Shown here piece by piece: positions 1-7,239 of a stretch of DNA of 8,967 nt. The stretch's first letter is position 1; each line of letters begins with the position of its first letter. A model generated the notes under the pieces. The model had not been told where the DNA came from. It did not search any database and was given only the letters and a program-made list of their open reading frames with translations. Location: contig JADGIF010000416.1 in assembly GCA_018985225.1 (NCBI GenBank), forward strand, positions 1 through 8,967, read 5' to 3'. Both the position numbers and the translations under genes were made by a program. The DNA comes from Amoeboradix gromovi X-113. Lineage: Eukaryota > Fungi > Sanchytriomycota.

Positions 1-100
1 GTGGTCTGCTCTCTTCATCAGCGGAATTGCGCTCTCTTTTCATGTTTTGTAAGGGGCAATCCTCTTCTTTCAACTCTGATTGAATTGTATTTGAAATCAT
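1..100 (-). CDS. Probable 5' end of an unidentified gene running off the left edge (MISNTIQSELKEEDCPLQNMKRERNSADEESRP...)
   Basis: The ATG at 100 follows an in-frame upstream TAG, and the frame stays open to position 1. The peptide is charged and hydrophilic. There is an alternative ATG at 43. No recognisable domain. Confidence 0.45.
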   Translation of the reverse strand, partial: MISNTIQSELKEEDCPLQNMKRERNSADEESRP

Positions 101-274
101 AAAGTCAATAGTTACCGTAAAAATCTAAAATAAAGACTGGATGAAAGGGCAAAAGAATAGCTATACAGACTGTTTATTTTTGAAATTTGGATACATTTTG
201 TTTTGTCTAGTTTTTGTAGAGCATGAGCAAATTGTTTGAATGTCGATGAGGTCAAGATGTCATTGGATGTTCTA

Positions 275-280
275 TTTATT
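275..280 (-). terminator. Putative polyadenylation signal AATAAA for the kinase gene
   Basis: 11 nt downstream of the TAA on the minus strand. Confidence 0.4.
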
Positions 281-291
281 AAGAATACGGT

Positions 292-2307
292 TTATTCGAA
301 CTCGCTGCTGTCATACATGCTGCTACTATCCTGGTTTAATTCTTTTAACTGCTTGAAGTTTTTAAATCCAAATTGCTCAAACACGCCTCCAGTACTAAGG
401 TCTTCAGCCTCTTTTATAAAGAGGTCTGTGTCCATGTTTATTGGTCCTATCGATTCATTTCTGGCCTCAAAATATGAAATATCTTCATCTTCAACTTGTG
501 GTATAAAAGGAGGATCATTGTCTCGTAGGCATGACCAGTCCGAGTGCAAATAAGCATAGCACACATCCTTCCTCATATCATCGATTGTGTATCTATCCGT
601 AGAGCTGGTTCTTAGCAACCCATTAATCATCGCTTTCAAATCTTCCTGGGTATCATAGAACTGAAAATCGTGATTTATTATTTTGTCAAATATCTTATCA
701 ATCGCTGGTGCATGAAAAGGTGGTATCCCTTCTATAAACTCATACATAACAACTCCCAGTGACCACCAATCTACGGCTCCGTCATTTGTATATCCAAGCA
801 AGAGCTCTGGTGCTAAATAGTCTGGAGTACCAACTACGTGCACTTGATTCTTTCTTAAAATTGATTTCTTCTTCTTTAGCTGGCTAACATTGATTTGCGA
901 TAACCCAAAATCTGTCAACTTACAATGTCCCTTGTGATCTATTAATACATTATCGGGCTTTATGTCTCTATGAACAATACCTTGAGAATGCAAATACTCG
1001 ATGGCTAATGCAATTTCGCCACAATACTGCAGTGTTTGGGGCTTGGAAAAAGATCCCATTGTGGTCAGTAAGGAAGACAAATCGCCTCCCTTTAGATATT
1101 CCATTACAAGGTAGAGGTGATTTTGAGATTGAAAAGCATAAAACATTTTTACCGTAAAATCAGATTGCAAAACACTCATCACCTTGCGTTCTGCTAAAAC
1201 ATGATTGACCATGTTTTTACTAACCATTTCGTCTTTAACAAGTATTTTTATAGCAAACAGATCGTTCGTATTTATTTTACGACTAAGAAAGACAGAGCCA
1301 TAAGCACCTTTGGATATAGCTTTGATGAGTTTAAAATCAGAAATATCTACGCTGTTCATGCTACTTTTTCGAAACTCATGAGAAGATCTACGCTGTTTAG
1401 GAGTGCGCAATAAGACATTGAAAAGAGATGTTAAAATCGATTTTTTAACATGATTATGCTTGCAAAGACGGTCCAAATATAATAAATCAAGACAATTTGA
1501 TGTTATAATTATTTGCCACTCTTGAATAAGTTTTTTCTTTTCTTTAAACAATATTTTTAGTTTATCCACTATAGAATCTACGGACGAGTCTTGGGAATTC
1601 AGTTGAAATTCGGTTTTGCAAGATTCTAATTTCGAGGAATATTTATTACATTTCTCAATAGCCTCGGGATGATTCCATTCTAATCTACGGTATTTAACAA
1701 CAAGGGTATGTATGTCTTTTTTGTAAGCATCAATCGGGTACTTACGGCTACTTGGCCTAAGGAGTGGGGAAGTGGGTATTGTCATTGCACCGGTGCTTTT
1801 AAATATATTAAGATTCAAACTTTTAGAAGAGCCAGCTTTCATATGAGAAAGATCAGGTAATGACTCCATCGATATTTTGTCCTTTAGGATGGCATCTAGT
1901 TGAGGCGAGGAATTTATGGACCTAGTTATCTTTAATTGGTCAGAACTACTCCTACTAGAATTGAGACTATCTCTGCTATTATTACGGCTAACTTGTCCCA
2001 AAAGTGGCTCTAGCTTTGCTAATTTATGTTCAACATTATGACATTTTTCAGCGATTTCATGTGCGATTGCACAGTCATGGGTATGTTCACGAAATACTTC
2101 TAGATTTACATAGCATTCGCATATTCTACAGACGAGGTCATCTTCGTTCGTGATTAAAGGACTGGAGGCAGGTGAAAATCTTTGTTTGGCATACTCACCT
2201 AAACTGCTCATAGATGAAGACCTCGATAGCGAATCTTCATCTGATTTTCTAATTCCCAAGGCAGCTAGAGCATTTTGGAAAATATTTTGATCATCCCTTT
2301 CAGACAT
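292..2307 (-). CDS. RIM15: Rim15/Cek1/IRE/Greatwall(MASTL)-family AGC Ser/Thr kinase, 671 aa
   Basis: Kinase motifs AISKGAYGSVFL, FAIK, HRDIKPDN, DFG, GTPDYLAPE and DWWSLG. AGC tail PPFIP...SYF...FEQFGFKN. N-terminal CRICE-x(11)-H-x3-C-type zinc finger (2071-2130) typical of Rim15/Cek1/IRE kinases. Confidence 0.88.
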   Translation of the reverse strand: MSERDDQNIFQNALAALGIRKSDEDSLSRSSSMSSLGEYAKQRFSPASSPLITNEDDLVCRICECYVNLEVFREHTHDCAIAHEIAEKCHNVEHKLAKLEPLLGQVSRNNSRDSLNSSRSSSDQLKITRSINSSPQLDAILKDKISMESLPDLSHMKAGSSKSLNLNIFKSTGAMTIPTSPLLRPSSRKYPIDAYKKDIHTLVVKYRRLEWNHPEAIEKCNKYSSKLESCKTEFQLNSQDSSVDSIVDKLKILFKEKKKLIQEWQIIITSNCLDLLYLDRLCKHNHVKKSILTSLFNVLLRTPKQRRSSHEFRKSSMNSVDISDFKLIKAISKGAYGSVFLSRKINTNDLFAIKILVKDEMVSKNMVNHVLAERKVMSVLQSDFTVKMFYAFQSQNHLYLVMEYLKGGDLSSLLTTMGSFSKPQTLQYCGEIALAIEYLHSQGIVHRDIKPDNVLIDHKGHCKLTDFGLSQINVSQLKKKKSILRKNQVHVVGTPDYLAPELLLGYTNDGAVDWWSLGVVMYEFIEGIPPFHAPAIDKIFDKIINHDFQFYDTQEDLKAMINGLLRTSSTDRYTIDDMRKDVCYAYLHSDWSCLRDNDPPFIPQVEDEDISYFEARNESIGPINMDTDLFIKEAEDLSTGGVFEQFGFKNFKQLKELNQDSSSMYDSSEFE

Positions 2308-2362
2308 TTAGAAACAAAATTTAAAAAAGAAAAAGTTTATATATTTGTTTACAGTGTAGATT

Positions 2363-2641
2363 TTATTTTCGTGCGGATATGTGCTCATTTAACTGAGTTT
2401 TGACGTCAAATAATGTAGTCTCTATTTCATTTAATTTGGCTAACTTTAAATGATGGAATTCCCTTAGGTTACTCACTTGTTCATTTTTTAACTTAACAAA
2501 GTCGTCATCGAGCTGCAAGTGCCATGGATATAACACAAATCCTTGGAAAGTTAGTGCTGTTACTGCTACGACAAAGTTTATGTATGGTAGGGCTTTTCCA
2601 ATGCCTGTTTTACGGTTAAATGCTCGAAATCTCCTACTCAT
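2363..2641 (-). CDS. Small single-pass membrane protein with FQxxVLYPWH motif and C-terminal coiled coil, probably mitochondrial, 92 aa
   Basis: Arg/Lys-rich N-terminus without acidic residues (MSRRFRAFNRKTGIGK), one hydrophobic helix (INFVVAVTALTFQGFVL), YPWHxQLDDDFxxLK motif that I recall from a conserved family of small fungal proteins, then heptad-like helix. Fills the gap between neighbours with 55- and 92-bp spacers. Confidence 0.85.
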   Translation of the reverse strand: MSRRFRAFNRKTGIGKALPYINFVVAVTALTFQGFVLYPWHLQLDDDFVKLKNEQVSNLREFHHLKLAKLNEIETTLFDVKTQLNEHISARK

Positions 2642-2733
2642 TTACGTGTACTGCAGATGTTTTGACCTTCCGAGTATTCGGAAATGTTTAAAATTCTATT
2701 TCACGTGCGATCTTGAAACTAAGAAATTGTTAT
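2642..2733. promoter_or_regulatory. Putative bidirectional promoter with E-box CACGTG (2702-2707), TACGTG (2643-2648) and inverted repeat TTCCGA-N4-TCGGAA (2668-2683)
   Basis: Only 92 bp separate the two divergent ATGs (2641 and 2734). The motifs are read directly from the sequence; their function is inferred. Confidence 0.55.
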
Positions 2734-3669
2734 ATGAGCGCTAATCACAATATAGCACTGTATTCTCCCAGATATTTTGGAATGTGTGCTCTTGGTGGTA
2801 TCCCGTCTTGCGGGTTGACGCATTGGGTTGTTACACCTTTGGACTTGGTGAAATGTCGTGCACAAGTAAGTGTAGAAGCAAAAACAAGTCTGATTTCTAG
2901 ACTAAAATCAGTAGTTGCGGCAGATGGTGCTATGGGACTTTTCAGAGGTGGACTTCCAACTTTCTTAGGATATAGCGCACAAGGTGCGTGTTTGTTTGGA
3001 TTCTATGAGTATTTCAAGCATTATTTCAGCGTCTCTGCAGGCGAAGAGAACTCTGATAAATACAGAACATGGATTTATCTTGCCGCCAGCGCGACTGCTG
3101 AAATAATTGGAAGCACTGCGTTGTGTCCATGGGAAGCGTTAAAGGTCAGGGTTCAAACCAATCAATTATTTACTACCTCCATAGTGGCAGGGTTTAAGAA
3201 AATAATCAAGGAGGAAGGCTTTTATGGTATTACTAAAGGTTTGCCACCACTATGGGGTCGTCAAATATTGTATACCATGAGTAAATTTGCTACATTTGAA
3301 AAGGCTGTTGAAGAAAGTTACAATTTCTTGGGCAAGCCAAAGAGTGATTATAGTAAGTCACAACAGCTGGCAGTTTCTTTTATATGCGGTTACTTTGCTG
3401 GAGTATTTTGTGCTATCGTGTCACATCCAGCAGACACTTTGGTGTCGAAAATGAACTCTGTAAAGAAGAACCCAGGAGAATCTTCTCTCAGGTTAACTGC
3501 TCGAATCTGTAAAGATTTAGGATTCAGTAAGATATGGGTTGGATTAGGGACTAGGATGCTGATGTTGGGTCCTCTAACTGCGCTGCAATGGTTTACCTAT
3601 GATACATTTAAAGTTCTTACAGGATTACCTAGTAGCGGTGGATCGCGGCTAATAAAGCCAGCCGTCTGA
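2734..3669 (+). CDS. PIC2: Mitochondrial phosphate/copper carrier (SLC25A3 / PIC2-like), 311 aa
   Basis: Three carrier signatures (PLDLVKCR, PWEALKVR, PADTLVSK) and family motifs CGLTH, GYSxQG, LWGRQ..YT..KF, LQWFxYD. TM1 Cys/His pattern is closer to PIC2 than MIR1. Start moved from the ORF track's TTG (2713) to the first ATG (2734). Confidence 0.9.
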   Translation: MSANHNIALYSPRYFGMCALGGIPSCGLTHWVVTPLDLVKCRAQVSVEAKTSLISRLKSVVAADGAMGLFRGGLPTFLGYSAQGACLFGFYEYFKHYFSVSAGEENSDKYRTWIYLAASATAEIIGSTALCPWEALKVRVQTNQLFTTSIVAGFKKIIKEEGFYGITKGLPPLWGRQILYTMSKFATFEKAVEESYNFLGKPKSDYSKSQQLAVSFICGYFAGVFCAIVSHPADTLVSKMNSVKKNPGESSLRLTARICKDLGFSKIWVGLGTRMLMLGPLTALQWFTYDTFKVLTGLPSSGGSRLIKPAV

Positions 3670-3674
3670 GTTTT

Positions 3675-3680
3675 AATAAA
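3675..3680 (+). terminator. Putative polyadenylation signal AATAAA for the carrier gene
   Basis: 5 nt after the TGA. Similar placement in other genes of the window. Confidence 0.45.
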
Positions 3681-4495
3681 TTAGCAGTGCTCAATATCGT
3701 ATTTTCTTTGTGCTTTCTCCTGATTATCAGTCCTGATTTACACAAAAATCAAGAATTTCTAAAGATTACCAATTAAAGTCGCTCCATTATGATAGTAGTT
3801 TGCACTTCCAGCACCCTGAGACGGGTTAAACACTGGTGCGGTTTTTAAAGCATTTGTCTCTTACTGTCATATGGTACGTATATACCTCCAACTCACAATC
3901 TATACCAGCGTATGTGTTTTACTTTTTTAGAATTATAAATTTTGTAGAAAATTTGAATGTTAATACTTTGTTCTTTTGCCTATGTTCTTCCTTTAATTTG
4001 GACGATAATTCCGTTTTTAGACCATCTCTGAGTACGGAAGAGCTTTCTCCATATCAGTTGGTAAGATCTTGGATTCAAAATATTATGGCTGACATGATCT
4101 AGTTGCCTTGAAATAGATGAGAAATCCAAGCTGCACTGATCATATTCAGGCATAAATTCCAGTAAGGACTAGTGCAACGATAAGATACATGTGATTGCGA
4201 TAAATAATTTGTTCCGTTTAGATTGAGGACTGCACTTTAGACTCGATATAATAAATGTAAACAGTTCAACTGGAAAAAGTTTACTGTCTGCATAAAAGAA
4301 TGAGAGTTAACTACCATCCCATGTAGCCCAGGTAAAGATAGAGGCATAGGTTGCTATTTAAGAGTTACCAGATACTTTTTACTATTCTTTTTGTCTGCGA
4401 TAGGTGTATTGGCGAATGGTGACTATAGCGCGTCGGTATGAGACAAATTTATGCTAGGAACATGTTTACTTTCGTGTCCTTTCCGTTAAGAAAGG

Positions 4496-5098
4496 ATGGA
4501 ACAAGTAGCAATAAAATTGGGGACGGTTGAAATATCCGTGAAGTTAGAGCCCAATGTATTGCAAATCTCTCAACTGCCACCGGATACAACAGCGCAGCAC
4601 ATAAAAGAAATTCTCTCTGATCTTTTGGAAATCGAAAACATTGTATTTTTTAACGACAGGTATAGATTAGACGAACCGATTCCATTATATGTCCCCATAG
4701 ACATTCCGTTATGGGTAACCGGAAGTTACTGCAGAGTGTTTTATAAAAATATACATCCAGATTTTATAAAGTTATTGGTACAAAGAAAATGGATAACGCG
4801 GAAAGAAATCACTCACTATGTGGATATTAAAACTGCAGAAAAGGAAGCGACTGATATTTTGGAATTCTTTGATGCTCCTTTTGAAAAGTCATCCGTTATT
4901 GATGAAGATGGATTTACAATGGTCACATCAAAGCGCAAAGCACCGATATCTAATCGAGTATATGAGAAATCAGACTTTTATAGATTTCAAATGAAAGATT
5001 CAAAAAAGCGTAAATTGACAGAATTACAAGACAAATTTAACGATGACAAATTGAAAATCATGAAAATGAAAATGAACAATTCTAATATTAATAAATAA
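4496..5098 (+). CDS. RRP7: Ribosomal RNA-processing protein 7 (Rrp7/RRP7A-like), 200 aa, divergent
   Basis: C-terminal Rrp7 signature DEDGFTMV...DFYRFQ...KRKLTELQDKFNDDKLKIMKMK. N-terminal degenerate RRM-like segment (LQISQLPPDTT). Confidence 0.85.
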   Translation: MEQVAIKLGTVEISVKLEPNVLQISQLPPDTTAQHIKEILSDLLEIENIVFFNDRYRLDEPIPLYVPIDIPLWVTGSYCRVFYKNIHPDFIKLLVQRKWITRKEITHYVDIKTAEKEATDILEFFDAPFEKSSVIDEDGFTMVTSKRKAPISNRVYEKSDFYRFQMKDSKKRKLTELQDKFNDDKLKIMKMKMNNSNINK

Positions 5099-5179
5099 CT
5101 GCGATGCAATCTTTTATTACAAACGTCTATTTGACTCTATGTATTTATAGGAGAGGTCCCTTGCAACGTACACACCAAA

Positions 5180-6746
5180 ATGTCTACAGCAAGCACTTCC
5201 TTGTATGTTGGTGAGCTCGATAAATCTGTTACTGAGGCTATGCTATTCGAAATGTTTTCAGTAGTTGGGACAGTGAGCAGTGTTAGAGTTTGTCGTGATA
5301 ACATTACTCGTCAATCATTAGGCTATGCTTATGTTAATTTCGCTCATCCTGACGATGCTGAGCGTGCTTTTAGTCTGAATTATACAGAAATTAAAGGTGT
5401 TCCTTGTCGCATTATGTGGTCCCAAAGAGATCCATCTACGCGTAGGAGTGGTGATGGTAACATCTTTATTAAGAATTTGGCTAAAGATATAGACAACAAA
5501 GCTCTCAATGATACGTTTGCTCAGTTTGGTAAGATCATTTCTTGCAAAGTCGCTTATGATGCTGATCATAATTCAAAGGGATACGGCTTTGTTCATTTTG
5601 AATTGAAGGAGGATGCTCAAAAAGCCATTGATATGGTTAACGAGAAGTATATGAATGGTCAGCAAGTATTTGTTGGGTTCTTTGTTCCTAAAAATGAACG
5701 ACAAGATGCAATGAAAGAAAAACAGAACAATTTCACCAATTTGTATGCCAAGAACTTTCCAAAGTCGTGGACAGAAACTGAGCTACGTGAGCTATTCGCT
5801 CCTTTTGGTAACATTCTTAGTTTATATTTGAGTCGCGATGAATCAGGCTCTCTCGGATTTGCTTTTATCAATTATGAGACTCATGAAGAAGCTGCAAATT
5901 GTGTTGAGAAGCTAAATGGATCCACTCATCAAGTAGAAAATCAGGACCCTTTGATTATGTTTGTTGGTAGAGCCCAAAAGAAGAATGAGCGTAGTGATGA
6001 ATTAAAGAAACAGCATGATCTACTAAAACAGGAACAAACTCAGAAATATCAGGGAGTTAACTTATATGTTAAGAATCTTGACGACACTATTAACGACGAA
6101 CGATTAGAACAGGAGTTTGTACCATTTGGATTGATCACTTCTTGTAAGGTCATGAAGGATGAAAATGGAAGATCAAAGGGATTCGGATTTGTGTGCTTTA
6201 ATACTCCCGATGAGGCCACTAAAGCTGTTACTGAAATGAATGGTAAGATTATTGGATCAAAACCATTGTATGTCGCATTAGCACAGCGCAAAGACCAAAG
6301 ACGTAACCAGTTGGAACATCAGTACAGTCAACGAGCGCAAATGAGATTGCCAACATACGGAATGATGGGTATGCCACCCCGAGGATTGTACATGATGCAA
6401 AACAAGCCTATGGGAGGGCCTCGACCTATGGGTCAACAGAGACGTAGTTCACATTAACTTAGCAACAGCAACTCAATTAATTGCAACACCTAGCGGAGTC
6501 TTTATTCCGCAACCAATTGATGCTATCATATCTATGCCAGAGATGGAAGCAAAGAAGTTGTTGGGTAATTCTATTTTTGGATATATTAGACCGTTGCAGC
6601 CTAAGTATGTATCTAAATTAACTGGTATGATCTTATCACAGCCAATTAAGGACGTAGTTGAGCTATTACAGCACCAGGATAAATTAAAGCAAAGAATTGA
6701 GGAGGGTGTACAATTATTGAGTGAAAAGGAAAAGACTACGGCATAA
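5180..6746 (+). CDS. PAB1: Cytoplasmic poly(A)-binding protein, 2 exons join(5180..6443,6463..6746), 515 aa: 4 RRMs, linker, MLLE/PABC domain
   Basis: RNP motifs SLYVGEL/LGYAYVNF, NIFIKNL/KGYGFVHF, NLYAKNF/LGFAFINY, NLYVKNL/KGFGFVCF. Removing 6444-6462 joins ...QQR-P-TATQLIA... in frame with the 6534 ORF, which has the MLLE-type KKLLGNSIF...KLTGMILS. Confidence 0.95.
6444..6462 (+). other. 19-nt spliceosomal intron (phase 1) in PABP: GTAGTTCACATTAACTTAG
   Basis: GT...AG ends, branch-like TTAAC immediately before T-TAG, contains the in-frame stop, and removal restores the MLLE-domain frame. Confidence 0.88.
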
Positions 6747-7239
6747 AAAAAGATAAAAATAGTAAAAATAGATAAAACGTTACGCAGTCAACTGTTTTGG
6801 CATCTTCTCGGTGCATTCTATGTATTCAACTACCTTCAGATAGCAATTTTGTTAAGCGCACCTCTCTATTTAGCATGTTTCATTTCATTTTCTTGGTTTT
6901 GTTGTATTTATAGCTGATGATTAGCTTAGCCGCTACATATCGGATATTGCGGTATATTAAATGCGAAATTTTGTTCCTTTGATTAAATATTTATCGCGAT
7001 TGCGTTAAGCGCTTCAATAGTTACCTTTGCAGAACGTAATTGCAACCACATTTCATGCTTTCCGATTCAGTGCCACCTCACAATATCGTAAGCATGAAGA
7101 ACCGCTGCATCGGATCAGCTGGCTATGTTAGTTTTTCTGTGGAAGTTCTTGATATTCTAGTAAACTAGGACTTTAAACGAGGAAACAATTCCATTTATAA
7201 GGAACATTATCTGAAGGTATATCCGAAATTCTGATTTAC

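Noticed and set aside
236-553. 105-aa plus-strand ORF
   Set aside because: Antisense to the kinase C-terminus, TTG start, no motif.
1201-1413. 70-aa plus-strand ORF
   Set aside because: Antisense to the conserved kinase domain.
2713-2733. TTG-initiated N-terminal extension of the carrier
   Set aside because: Eukaryotic gene; the ATG at 2734 already gives a complete carrier.
2866-2878. GTAAGT donor-like motif in the carrier
   Set aside because: The frame is continuous and the residues occupy the normal loop after the first carrier signature, so no intron is needed.
3816-3912. TPP riboswitch-like fragments (CTGAGA ... TACCAGCGTA)
   Set aside because: The TGATCTGG-TAAT P4/P5 half is missing and there is no thiamine gene nearby.
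3836-4102. 88-aa plus-strand ORF
   Set aside because: GTG start in a eukaryote, composition typical of T-rich non-coding DNA, no motif, and no consensus tiny intron linking it to other exons.
4328-4340. U1 snRNA-like 5' end (minus strand ATCTTTACCTGG)
   Set aside because: Imperfect match to ATACTTACCTGG, with no U1-70K loop, U1A loop or Sm site at the expected spacing.
5318-6291. Three minus-strand ORFs (83, 70 and 80 aa)
   Set aside because: All are antisense to PABP RRM domains.
6914-6968. Hammerhead core (CTGATGA...GAAA) or C/D-box snoRNA
   Set aside because: Stem II cannot close (T opposite C), and the nearest plus-strand CTGA D box is about 300 nt away.
7123-7132. ACTAACATAG branch/acceptor match on the minus strand
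   Set aside because: No GT at the 19-nt position and no downstream open exon.
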